64,000 nucleotides of DNA from an uncultured Gammaproteobacteria bacterium (GTDB taxonomy: Bacteria; Pseudomonadota; Gammaproteobacteria; SZUA-229): assembly GCA_942492025.1 (NCBI GenBank), contig CALODJ010000012.1, positions 569,272-633,271 on the forward strand, written 5' to 3'. Both the position numbers and the translations under genes were made by a program. Shown here one piece after another: positions 10,914-19,825 of the stretch; position 1 is the stretch's first letter; each line of letters starts with the position of its first letter. Under the pieces are notes generated by a model. That model was not told the origin of the DNA. It made no database searches and saw only the letters and a program-made list of their open reading frames with translations.

Positions 10914-11021
10914 TTCACCACAGAGTCACAGAGGGCACAGAGAAAAGGATTGTGTTATTAACTACGCCACAGGCGCAGTTAACAAAGTAAAACTCTGTGT
11001 ACTCTGTGACTCTGTGGTGAA
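10914..11021. repeat. IR2-type inverted-repeat element, 108 bp
   Basis: TTCACCACAGAGTCACAGAGGGCACAGAG is mirrored by CTCTGTGTACTCTGTGACTCTGTGGTGAA, in the ihfB-lapB intergenic region. Confidence 0.8.
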
Positions 11022-11163
11022 TAGTTTTTAACGTGTTTTAGGTGTGTCAGTTCAAATCTGACCGCAGTATGTTATCCGTCAGATCGAATCGCAACCAACA
11101 AAAATGGTGCCAACGAATTCGGTCCTTTTCTACAATCATTTGCCGGGAAAATTACTGATTTGA

Positions 11164-12342
11164 ATGATTGAGTTTTCTCAAATCCCCGATTGGGCGGTAC
11201 TGGTCCTTGCGACGATTATCGTTATATTGTGGATAGTAACCACGCGCAGCAAGCGCAAGACTTCCAGTAAAAGCCATCTCTCCAGCGAGTATTACAAGGG
11301 GCTCAATTATCTGCTCAATGATGAGCAGGACAAAGCGCTGGATATATTCGTGAAACTGATCGAGACCGATTGGGACACAATAGACACGCACTTCGCACTG
11401 GGCAAAATTTTTCGCAAGAATGGCGAGATAGACAAAGCCATCAAAATACATCAGGGCCTTATGTCCAGACCTTCGCTGCCAGATAAGTACCGCAGCAGCG
11501 TTTTGCTGGAACTCGGTTATGACTACCTGGGTGCAGGATGGTTTGACCGCGCCGAAGGTATGTTCAAGGAAGTATTGATTCATGACCCAGAATCGGAAAA
11601 GGCCCTGCAAAATCTCATTCTTATCTATCAACAGGAAAAAGACTGGTACAAGGCGATTGCGACCGCTGAAAACCTGTTTAAAGTCAGTCCAGCAAAGACA
11701 GGGCCGATGATTTCACAGTATTACTGCGAACTGGCAGACATTTCCAGTGCCAAGGGTGATGTAAGCCAGGTTGCGCGCAATGCAAAAAAGGCTCTGGGTT
11801 ATGATTCCGCATCCGTGCGCGCTTCTATCCTTCTGGCTGATATGGCCATGTCAACAGGTGACTATAAACAAGCAAAACATTTATTACAGCAGATCGAGCA
11901 GCAGGATGCGGAATTTATACCGCTGATTATGGATAAACTGATTGAATGCTATCATCGCCAGAATGAAACAGAAAGCTTGCTGGAGTACCTGGATCAACTC
12001 GAGAAGAGACATGAAACTCTGCCTTTGCTGGAGTCGCACGCACGGGTGATCGAACATTACAAGGGTACAAATGCAGCTATTAATTATGTCATGGATAAAT
12101 TACGGAAGCATCCAACGCTACAGGGAATGAGTCAGCTGCTCAGCTACAAAGACGCAGACAATAATGGTGAGGCGGCGATGATGCATGGTTTGATTACCGC
12201 TGTCGATGTGATCCAGCAGGGCCAATCGGCCTATCAGTGTAAACAATGTGGTTTCAAAACCAACACGCTCTACTGGTTATGTCCGGGTTGTCAAAATTGG
12301 AGCTCGGTAAAACCCTATTCTTGTGAACCCTCCTGTTTATGA
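11164..12342 (+). CDS. lapB: Lipopolysaccharide assembly protein B (TPR and rubredoxin-type zinc finger)
   Basis: It has an N-terminal TM helix, TPR repeats and a C-terminal CKQCGFKTNTLYWLCPGCQNW metal-binding motif, and precedes pyrF as in E. coli. Confidence 0.85.
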   Translation: MIEFSQIPDWAVLVLATIIVILWIVTTRSKRKTSSKSHLSSEYYKGLNYLLNDEQDKALDIFVKLIETDWDTIDTHFALGKIFRKNGEIDKAIKIHQGLMSRPSLPDKYRSSVLLELGYDYLGAGWFDRAEGMFKEVLIHDPESEKALQNLILIYQQEKDWYKAIATAENLFKVSPAKTGPMISQYYCELADISSAKGDVSQVARNAKKALGYDSASVRASILLADMAMSTGDYKQAKHLLQQIEQQDAEFIPLIMDKLIECYHRQNETESLLEYLDQLEKRHETLPLLESHARVIEHYKGTNAAINYVMDKLRKHPTLQGMSQLLSYKDADNNGEAAMMHGLITAVDVIQQGQSAYQCKQCGFKTNTLYWLCPGCQNWSSVKPYSCEPSCL

Positions 12343-13034
12343 CGACCCCAAAGATCATCGTCGCGCTCGATTTCTCTGATGAGACAAGAACGCTGGAGCT
12401 GGTCGATCAGATCAATCCAGCGCTCTGCCGATTGAAAATCGGTAAGGAATTGTTCACTCGAAGTGGACCCGAGCTGGTGAGAAGACTGGTCAATCGCGGT
12501 TATGATGTTTTTCTTGATTTAAAGTACCATGACATACCCAATACGGTCGCCAACGCCTGCAAGGCGGCCGCGGATCTGGGTGTATGGATGGTCAACGTGC
12601 ATGCGCTCGGCGGCCCCGCAATGCTCGCTGCGGCGCGCACTGCTTTATCTGCGCCTGATTCACCCTTGTTGATAGCTGTAACGATCCTGACGAGCAGCAG
12701 CCATGAAGATCTTCAGGCGGTGGGCATCGATCGTAGCCCGGAAGAAATGGTACAACGTCTTGCATCAGTCGCAAAACGTGAAGGCATTGATGGTGTCGTT
12801 TGTTCTGCGCAGGAAAGCCGGAAACTCAAGTCATCGCTTGGCGCTGAGTTTTTACTGGTCACCCCGGGCATTCGTTTGCCAACTGACGGGGCTGACGATC
12901 AGAAACGTATTGTGTCACCGGTCGATGCTGTTAGACAGGGTTCAGATTATCTGGTCATTGGCAGGCCTATCACACTGGCGAATGATCCGGTTCAGAAAAT
13001 ACTGACAATAAATTCCGATATTTCCCAATTGTGA
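12339..13034 (+). CDS. pyrF: Orotidine-5'-phosphate decarboxylase
   Basis: 231 aa with the DxKxxD-type active-site region (DLKYHDIPNTV). It overlaps the lapB stop by 4 bp. Confidence 0.9.
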   Translation: MTTPKIIVALDFSDETRTLELVDQINPALCRLKIGKELFTRSGPELVRRLVNRGYDVFLDLKYHDIPNTVANACKAAADLGVWMVNVHALGGPAMLAAARTALSAPDSPLLIAVTILTSSSHEDLQAVGIDRSPEEMVQRLASVAKREGIDGVVCSAQESRKLKSSLGAEFLLVTPGIRLPTDGADDQKRIVSPVDAVRQGSDYLVIGRPITLANDPVQKILTINSDISQL

Positions 13035-13092
13035 AGGCGCACGTGCTTCTGTAATCTGTTCATTCTTTCAACCAACAACACAAGGACGCGAA

Positions 13093-13353
13093 ATGAAAAC
13101 ACTCAAGTCATTTCTTCTTATCGTTTTATTGTCATTCTCACAGGTGCTCTTTGCGGCACAAGTCAACATCAACACCGCTGACGTCGAGACATTATCCAGT
13201 GAACTGTCTGGAATAGGTCAAAACAAAGCAGAAGCGATTGTTGCCTATCGTGAACAGTATGGGCCTTACAAGCAGATTGAAGATCTGACCAACGTAAAAG
13301 GGATCGGTGTTAGTACCATCGAAAAAAATAAATCAAAGATGACGATAAAGTAA
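13093..13353 (+). CDS. comEA: ComEA-family helix-hairpin-helix DNA-binding protein, secreted
   Basis: 86 aa with a signal peptide, followed by VNINTADVETL...GIGQNKAEAIVAYRE...GIG, a double HhH. Confidence 0.8.
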   Translation: MKTLKSFLLIVLLSFSQVLFAAQVNINTADVETLSSELSGIGQNKAEAIVAYREQYGPYKQIEDLTNVKGIGVSTIEKNKSKMTIK

Positions 13354-13382
13354 TCGTCAATACAATTCGCTATTATGTTATG

Positions 13383-13410
13383 GAAGCCCGCATCGCGGGC
13401 TTCTTTTTGT
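13383..13410 (+). terminator. Rho-independent terminator after comEA
   Basis: GAAGCCCGC atc GCGGGCTTC hairpin followed by TTTTTGTTTG. Confidence 0.7.
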
Positions 13411-13427
13411 TTGATAGAATAACAACT

Positions 13428-14258
13428 ATGTCACACATACAAAACAATCTATACGAAGCTGTTTTGCGATGCATTGAGATTAAGGACCCATTGACAAAAG
13501 TCGATGAAACACGAAGCCTGTATCAGCTTTGGTGTGCTGAGGGGCTGAATATGCAATCGTTAGACGCGCCCATGCCTATACCGAATCCAGGTCGCCCTGA
13601 GAAACCGGATCTGGTCAGTCCACACAAGGTACCTAAACGGGGATTCAAATCTAAGCAGGGTCTGGTTCGGCTGGCGCACGCCATTGCTCATATTGAATTT
13701 AATGCGATCAATCTCGCACTGGATGCTGTCTACCGTTTCAGGCAAATGCCTGAAGCATTTGTTTCCGACTGGTTAAAGGTCGCTGCAGAGGAGTCAAGCC
13801 ATTTTTTGATGCTTTCGAACTATCTCAAGGCTAACGATACCAGCTACGGCGATTATGCGGCGCACAATGGTCTTTGGGAAATGGCGCAGAAAACAGATCA
13901 TGACGTCATGGTTCGATTGGCTCTGGTGCCTCGCGTCCTTGAAGCCAGGGGACTGGATGTAACGCCAGTTATGATAGCCAAACTCAGGAACGTTTGTGAG
14001 TATGATCTGGTCGAAATACTGGAAATCATTCATCGCGAAGAAATAGGGCATGTTCTGATCGGTAGCCGCTGGTTCCATTATGCGTGCAAGCAACGCGATC
14101 TGTCACCGGATACCGTGTTCATTGAACTTCTGCATGAATACATGCAGGGTGCCATTCAGGGTCCGTTTGATTTCGCTTCAAGACTTCAGGCCGGTTTTAC
14201 CGAAGATGAAATACAGCAGCTGGTTGAAATCAGCGCGAGCAGAGAGACAATTGTATGA
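13428..14258 (+). CDS. DUF455-family ferritin-like (putative diiron) protein
   Basis: About 276 aa. The start was moved to MSHIQNN downstream of the comEA terminator. The helical ferritin-like pattern with E...EExxH-like motifs (HIEFNAINLALDAV, EESSHF, EEIGHV) fits DUF455. Confidence 0.55.
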   Translation: MSHIQNNLYEAVLRCIEIKDPLTKVDETRSLYQLWCAEGLNMQSLDAPMPIPNPGRPEKPDLVSPHKVPKRGFKSKQGLVRLAHAIAHIEFNAINLALDAVYRFRQMPEAFVSDWLKVAAEESSHFLMLSNYLKANDTSYGDYAAHNGLWEMAQKTDHDVMVRLALVPRVLEARGLDVTPVMIAKLRNVCEYDLVEILEIIHREEIGHVLIGSRWFHYACKQRDLSPDTVFIELLHEYMQGAIQGPFDFASRLQAGFTEDEIQQLVEISASRETIV

Positions 14259-14968
14259 ACTTGAGAATTTTTACGGTTTGCATTCTGCATTGTGGATTAG
14301 CGCTGGTAGCGACATCAGCGTATGCAGCTGATACGACCAGCGCTGTGAAGCTCGTTTATCAGGAACTCGAACAGGGTGTCCTTCCATACCAGGTTACTTA
14401 TACAGTCAGTGATGATCATTTACGTATTGATGATGAATCCGACTCAAGTGGTTTTATCGTGTTTGATATACATTCAGAGAAGGTGTTCAGTGTAAGCCAT
14501 CTCGATAAGTCGATTCTTGTTATACCTGACTATAACACTGTGGATTTAAAGCCTGAATTCAAAATCGATATTGAATACAAGCTAATTGAGGATGCGCCAA
14601 AAATTTCCGCCAAACCGGTGTACAACTACCGGGTAAAAGCGGTTACCGGCGCAACTAGTGAGACGTGTATGGATATTCAGCTTGTCCCTGGACTGTTACC
14701 GCAGGCGGCTGATTCGCTGCGGGCTTTCCAGAAAATAGTCTCAGGTCAACACGTAATAAATCTGGAGAAAACACCTGACGAATTTCGAACACCCTGTTAC
14801 CTGGTTGATCAGGTCTATAACAAAGGCGATTATTACAGCAAGGGGTTCCCGATACAGGAGTGGCACAGTAATGGGCGCATGCGACAGCTGCTGGATTATA
14901 AAGAAACCGAAGTCGATACTTCGATATTTACCATACCGGAAGAATATCGGCAGTATTCATTGCAATAG
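14255..14968 (+). CDS. Secreted/periplasmic protein of unknown function
   Basis: 237 aa with a signal peptide and an AYA-ADT cleavage-like site. The ATGA start/stop overlap with the DUF455 gene suggests a two-gene operon. Confidence 0.5.
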   Translation: MNLRIFTVCILHCGLALVATSAYAADTTSAVKLVYQELEQGVLPYQVTYTVSDDHLRIDDESDSSGFIVFDIHSEKVFSVSHLDKSILVIPDYNTVDLKPEFKIDIEYKLIEDAPKISAKPVYNYRVKAVTGATSETCMDIQLVPGLLPQAADSLRAFQKIVSGQHVINLEKTPDEFRTPCYLVDQVYNKGDYYSKGFPIQEWHSNGRMRQLLDYKETEVDTSIFTIPEEYRQYSLQ

Positions 14969-15079
14969 GATTTGGCGGGCTTTGATAGGTCGGGTTTATT
15001 GTCCGCAAATGAACGCAATTGTATTATTATGGGTTTCGTGACACTACTGCCCCACCTGCTCGTCATTGCTGTATGTGTA

Positions 15080-15270
15080 CGTATTACGTTGATGAAATAA
15101 AGCGAATTCAACGTAGGGTGCGCCATGCGCACCGAAATCAGGACAACAAGCCCGATTGGCTGCAGAGTGGTGCGCACGGCGCACCCTGCCTGTGAAAGTA
15201 TTCACCCATTCGATTCGGGGAAGGACCTAACACATAAACCTCTGCGTCTCCGCGGCTCTGCGGTACAAAA
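15080..15270. repeat. Core-palindrome repeat copy (15113-15188) with a partial right IR2 arm
   Basis: GTAGGGTGCGCCATGCGCACC...GGTGCGCACGGCGCACCCTGCC. The left interior GTATTACGTTGATGAAATAAAGCG matches the other copies, and the right arm is CTCTGCGTCTCCGCGGCTCTGCGGT. Confidence 0.8.
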
Positions 15271-15292
15271 ATTATCAAGCAGTAAAAATAAG

Positions 15293-16021
15293 CTAACTAA
15301 ATTCAACCAGCTCGAATTCCATATCGGCATTTGTGCGTAGATAGTTGCCGTGTTGGTACCAGTCGCCGAGGACGACTCTTTTCACCTTCTGACCATCAAG
15401 CTCGAATTCGTGAATTCCAGGCCTGTGGGTATGACCATGGATCAATACTTTAGTCTTAAATTCGCGCATGATATTTTCAACAGCGTGCTGGTTGACATCC
15501 ATTATTTCGGCCGATTTATCGGATGTGGCTTTTTCGCTGGTGTCGCGTAGTGAGCGGGCAACCCGTTCGCGCAAGGAAAGTGGCAGTAACAGAAAAAGCC
15601 GTTGATAGAATCTGTTGCGTACTTTGGCCCTGAAGTTTTGATAGGCGATATCGTCTGTGCACAACAAATCACCGTGCATCAACAGCACCGGTTGATGGTT
15701 CATGTGTGCTATACAGGGATCGTCGATGATTTCGAAGTAATGCCGACTGGCGAGCTTCTTGCCGACAAGAAAATCGCGATTACCGTGCATAAACCGGACC
15801 CGGGTGCCAGACTGGTGCAGATGATCGAGCGCGTTGAATACAGGTTGAAGGCCGGCTGCCTTGTCGTCATCACCAATCCAGTATTCGAGAAAATCGCCCA
15901 GGATGTAGAGCACATCGGCCTGAATTGCAATATCGTCAACAAACTTCTGAAACAGCCGGATAATCTCCGGCCTCTCTGGTGCAAGATGCAAGTCTGATAT
16001 GAACAGACTGTTGTCAGTCAT
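15293..16021 (-). CDS. lpxH: UDP-2,3-diacylglucosamine pyrophosphohydrolase
   Basis: 242 aa calcineurin-like metallophosphoesterase. It has N-terminal LFISDLHL and the GNRD and GHTH motifs. Confidence 0.88.
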   Translation of the reverse strand: MTDNSLFISDLHLAPERPEIIRLFQKFVDDIAIQADVLYILGDFLEYWIGDDDKAAGLQPVFNALDHLHQSGTRVRFMHGNRDFLVGKKLASRHYFEIIDDPCIAHMNHQPVLLMHGDLLCTDDIAYQNFRAKVRNRFYQRLFLLLPLSLRERVARSLRDTSEKATSDKSAEIMDVNQHAVENIMREFKTKVLIHGHTHRPGIHEFELDGQKVKRVVLGDWYQHGNYLRTNADMEFELVEFS

Positions 16022-16024
16022 GCA

Positions 16025-16522
16025 TCAAATTTCAGTGGCCGTTCTAATTTCGACGATATCTTCGGGCACATCGCTGTGACCGGATCGGTTGGTCGTGCTG
16101 ACCTTGGCGATCTCATCAACCACATCCATACCGTCAGTCACCTTCCCAAATACACAGTAACCCCAGCCCTGTACATTTGGTGCAGTGTAGTTCAAAAAGT
16201 CATTGTTTTTATGGTTAATGAAAAATTGGGCCGTTGCCGAATCCGGGTCCTGCGTGCGGGCCATTGCGATAGTGCCGCGATCATTGGGCAGGCCATTGTC
16301 CGCTTCATTTTTAATCGGATCCTGGGTACTTTTTTGCATCATCTGGTTATTGAAACCGCCCCCCTGTATCATGAAGTTCTTGATCACGCGATGGAAAATG
16401 GTGCCATCATAATAGCCTTCGCGCACATAGCTGAGGAAATTGCTTACGGTCTTCGGTGCTTTTTCTTCGTTGAGTTCGATGACAATGTCACCCATGGTGG
16501 TTTCGAGTTTGACAGTCGACAT
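16025..16522 (-). CDS. ppiB: Peptidyl-prolyl cis-trans isomerase B (cyclophilin)
   Basis: It carries the cyclophilin signature [15 protein letters not shown] and the [17 protein letters not shown] region. The start was set at [13 protein letters not shown]. Confidence 0.9.
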   Translation of the reverse strand: MSTVKLETTMGDIVIELNEEKAPKTVSNFLSYVREGYYDGTIFHRVIKNFMIQGGGFNNQMMQKSTQDPIKNEADNGLPNDRGTIAMARTQDPDSATAQFFINHKNNDFLNYTAPNVQGWGYCVFGKVTDGMDVVDEIAKVSTTNRSGHSDVPEDIVEIRTATEI

Positions 16523-16769
16523 AATAATGGCCTTGTTTAGTTGGTCGATGTTTAAAAACGGATTATGAACGCGCAGTTTGCCCAAAGCGACGCAGCTTGG
16601 TCAACCTGAATCTATTTCAGTAATGATATTGTGTTGAACAGGGTGTTAACCGCGGAGGCGCGGAGAAATTTTTATGGTCTGTAGGAGCGGCTTGAGCCGC
16701 GATCCGCTGCAAATCGCGACTAAAGTCGCTCACAAAAACCTTAATAATTCTCTTTTTCTCCGCTCCTTT

Positions 16770-17077
16770 AGCCCGTATTTCTCACCAGGCGGCGTGGAAT
16801 ACTGGTAAGGCATTGGTTATTTGGAGTGAAGCTCGGATGATTAGAAATACAGTGTGTTATTCAAGCATGCCTATCACGCTTCAGGCGGGTCTTGGTTTGC
16901 ATGAGATCGTAGGGTGCGCCGTGCGCACCGTGAATCTTCAGTGTGCTGGGCTGTTTCGGTGCGCACGGCGCACCCTACGGTCGCTTCACCCAAGCTATTG
17001 CTACGCTTTTCGCTCCAGAGCGGCGCTTACGAATACGAATCCTGCGCCTGTTCCCGTGATCCTGGTGAGAAATGCGG
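16770..17077. repeat. Large IR1-bounded element, about 308 bp, with a nested core palindrome (16909-16978)
   Basis: The termini are AGCCCGTATTTCTCACCAGG and CCTGGTGAGAAATGCGGG. The interior is homologous to the 41750-41995 element, apart from the inserted GTAGGGTGCGCC core. Confidence 0.85.
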
Positions 17078-17108
17078 GTTAGGACATACATTAATTTCTG
17101 CCGGAAAA

Positions 17109-17185
17109 TGGCGCCCCGGAGACGATTTGAACGTCCGACCTGCCGCTTAGGAGGCGGCTGCTCTATCCTGCTGAGCTACCGGGGC
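17109..17185 (-). tRNA. tRNA-Arg, anticodon CCT
   Basis: The reverse complement is GCCCCGGTAGCTCAGCAGGATAGAGCAGCCGCCTCCTAAGCGGCAGGTCGGACGTTCAAATCGTCTCCGGGGCGCCA. It has a 7-bp acceptor stem, D-arm, anticodon loop CU-CCU-AA, a TTCAAAT T-loop and a 3' CCA. Confidence 0.8.
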
Positions 17186-17288
17186 AGTATCTTTAATCAT
17201 GAACCCGGCTATTATACCAGCCAAGGTTAGTTACGTCAGAACTGTTGAATGTAGGTTCCTAATATCGGAATGAACCGCCATCATCCGG

Positions 17289-19034
17289 TTAACGCGGCAG
17301 CTTGCGGCGCTCGGTTTTATGCATATATCGGTGCAACAGACGCCAGACAAAGGATTCCGGCTCGTTCTTGAAGGTCATCACATAATTCAGACTGCTCATG
17401 ACTCTCAGTGTCCAGTCCATGCTATTCTTGATTTCACGTGTGCCACAGAACAGTAGTCTGTCAGCATATTTGATATCCATATCCTCACTCGGCATCATCG
17501 TCTTCTCCACACCGCGGACATGTAGCAGGGGTACGCATTTGAGCTTCAGATAACGTGAGGCCGGGTCCTGGGTGATATGTCCAAGATTGATGAATCTGCC
17601 GAGTTCGAGTGCTTCTGCTACAGCAGGAGAAGAACTGTCGGTGATTTCTACCGTCCAGATATGCGGTTTGTGGCTGCCCACCACAGCGCTCAGTCGACTG
17701 ATGGTGATATTCGCCCACTCTTCATCGAAATTATTGGCCAGTTGCAAATAGTCCACCAGTAGCGGGTTGAGAAAAACGGCCCGAATTTTTCTGGCGGTGA
17801 TCTCTCTGGGACGCATGATCAGGTTGGCACGCGTGGCAGTATACAGATCATAGTTATTGTAGATGTTCTGGCGGGCAACAACGAACAGATCCGGATTGAT
17901 CGCACGGGCAGTCATGATGATCGACAGGTTATTCGAGTCATTATCGGATCCTGCGATGATGCCGGCAGATTTATCCACGCCAGCCTGCCTCAGTGTTTTC
18001 TCATCAATCCCGGTGCCAAGAATGAAATTCTTCTTGTAATCGACATGGTGATGTTCGAATTCATCACGGACGTCGACCGACGGATCAATCACCGTAACTT
18101 CGATATCATGTTCGATCAGCAGCTTGTACAGCTCTTTGCCAAAGCGTCCGTAACCACACAATATCCAGTGGCCGTACCTGAAATAGACAGGATCACTCAA
18201 TCGGGTGTTGGGAACACCGGTCAACCAGTCATAAATTAGATGCAGTGATGGGGAGTGCATCAGCATTTCAAACATGGTTGCAAAAGTTTCAAACGGATTG
18301 ACCACGTGGTCTGTGCCGAATGAGAGCATATTCTCTTCATATTCTTTCAGTTCTGAACGGCAGACCACTTTGACGTTGGGATGAAGCAGTTTACTGGTAA
18401 TGGCGATTTTAAGGTTTATATCATCCGTTGCAGTTAACGCGATGACCCCCTTGCAGTTGGCTCGCTTGATACCCGCAGACTCGAGCTGCACAGCATCTGA
18501 AGCATCACCTATGATGTTAGGCACATACTCTCGCATATCATACAGTCTGATTTCATTCAGATTGTCGGGATTGTTTTCAATGACAACGGCACGGTAGTGT
18601 TCTTCTGTCAGCGCGGTGACAACCTCGTAGCCGGTTTCGCCCAGTCCGCACACCAGGTAGAACGGTTCGTTGATACTATTTACTCTCTTTCTGAAACGTG
18701 AACTGGTCACTGCAGCTTTGAAATGAGGATCCTGTATCAGTGTCAGTATCTTGCCGATGGCATACAGCCATGCAATGACCAGTATGTAAATCGAAAATAC
18801 GACCCACAGTCGTTGGGCATCAGATAGCGGGTACGGGATTTCACCAAAGCCGATGGTGGTCGCTGTATAACTGACAAAATAGAAGGCATGAAAGATGCTC
18901 ATGTGCCACGGATTGCCTTGATCATCAACTCCGGGTATCAGGATCATCCCCAGAATCGCAATATTGTATACCGTGATAAGCATGATAAACGGTCTGCGCA
19001 TGCGCCGAAGTATCATGGCGGTAACCAGGTTCAC
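17289..19034 (-). CDS. Potassium channel family protein with two RCK/TrkA-N domains
   Basis: 581 aa. The N-terminal 2-TM pore has the filter-like TTIGFGEIP. Two Rossmann RCK domains follow (LVCGLGETGYEV and ILCGYGRFGKELY). Confidence 0.7.
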   Translation of the reverse strand: MNLVTAMILRRMRRPFIMLITVYNIAILGMILIPGVDDQGNPWHMSIFHAFYFVSYTATTIGFGEIPYPLSDAQRLWVVFSIYILVIAWLYAIGKILTLIQDPHFKAAVTSSRFRKRVNSINEPFYLVCGLGETGYEVVTALTEEHYRAVVIENNPDNLNEIRLYDMREYVPNIIGDASDAVQLESAGIKRANCKGVIALTATDDINLKIAITSKLLHPNVKVVCRSELKEYEENMLSFGTDHVVNPFETFATMFEMLMHSPSLHLIYDWLTGVPNTRLSDPVYFRYGHWILCGYGRFGKELYKLLIEHDIEVTVIDPSVDVRDEFEHHHVDYKKNFILGTGIDEKTLRQAGVDKSAGIIAGSDNDSNNLSIIMTARAINPDLFVVARQNIYNNYDLYTATRANLIMRPREITARKIRAVFLNPLLVDYLQLANNFDEEWANITISRLSAVVGSHKPHIWTVEITDSSSPAVAEALELGRFINLGHITQDPASRYLKLKCVPLLHVRGVEKTMMPSEDMDIKYADRLLFCGTREIKNSMDWTLRVMSSLNYVMTFKNEPESFVWRLLHRYMHKTERRKLPR

Positions 19035-19125
19035 GGGCTTAACTCCATGCCGAAGTCGGGTAATTAACGAGCTGTGATCGATCAGCCATCGGGCACCTTG
19101 AACACATAGACCGGGGTTGTCTCAA

Positions 19126-19509
19126 TCAATGACGAAGCATCGCTGCCTCAATCATCAGCAGGATCACCGAGATAATGTTTGCCAGCATTGCGCCACCGCT
19201 GAGGGAAACAATGGTAGACATCACGGCGGGGGTAAGCCCTGTTTCCTGAATATGCACGGCAAAAGTCCAGACGATGGTGGCTGATATAAGCTGGACGACG
19301 GCGACCAGGCTCGTTGCCAGCAACATGGCGCCCAGTTGAGAGCGGTCACCGAATTTCATGATGGTTGCTATCAGGTTGACCACCAGTACGGCGTATAGCT
19401 CATAGACGTTGTGGTGTGCAGGATTGTCAACTTCCCCGACGAAGAAGCCGAAGTTCAGAGTCAAAGCCAGGATCATGAAGAAACTGAAAACCACTTTTTC
19501 AAGGTTCAT
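19126..19509 (-). CDS. Small integral membrane protein of unknown function
   Basis: 127 aa, about 4 predicted TM helices, co-directional with and upstream of the channel gene. Confidence 0.45.
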   Translation of the reverse strand: MNLEKVVFSFFMILALTLNFGFFVGEVDNPAHHNVYELYAVLVVNLIATIMKFGDRSQLGAMLLATSLVAVVQLISATIVWTFAVHIQETGLTPAVMSTIVSLSGGAMLANIISVILLMIEAAMLRH

Positions 19510-19613
19510 AGATCACCTTTTTTATTATTTGCCCAAATTGTAGCTCATTTGACCCGTTCACGTCCTGATTCGACAACAGGATACAGAGAACACGCAAAAT
19601 AGCGTGATTATTT

Positions 19614-19792
19614 TAACCACAGAGGCGCAGAGAAAACGATCACCTTGTACTGCGTATTTATCTGCATTCAGTCAGTATATGTAGGGTGCGCCGTGCGCAC
19701 CGATACAATTAAACGAATTTCAGATATTGAACATGTATAAGCTGCACACGGCGCACCCCAACGTAAAACTTATCTCTGCGCCTCTGCGGTAA
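19614..19792. repeat. IR2-bounded element carrying a core palindrome (19681-19760)
   Basis: The left arm is AACCACAGAGGCGCAGAGAAAACG and the right arm TCTCTGCGCCTCTGCGGTAAAT. The internal core GTAGGGTGCGCCGTGCGCACC has a degenerate right half. Confidence 0.8.
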
Positions 19793-19825
19793 ATAGAAGT
19801 TGATACCAGGCTGGGAGAGAGTGAA

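Noticed and set aside
16813-17150. Tracked ORFs inside repeat elements, including 16813-17082, 16914-17150, 15125-15340, 41816-42004, 41911-42165, 42116-42487, 47033-47221, 52184-52474, 52277-52522, 58554-58811, 58725-58973, 61194-61424 and 61359-61562
   Set aside because: They lie wholly or mostly within palindromic repeats. Their reading frames are an artefact of repeat sequence carrying no stops, and they differ between copies.
16600-19600. Genomic island at tRNA-Arg
   Set aside because: No integrase, no direct repeat of the tRNA 3' end, and only two cargo genes. Kept as a low-interest finding and not annotated as a mobile element.
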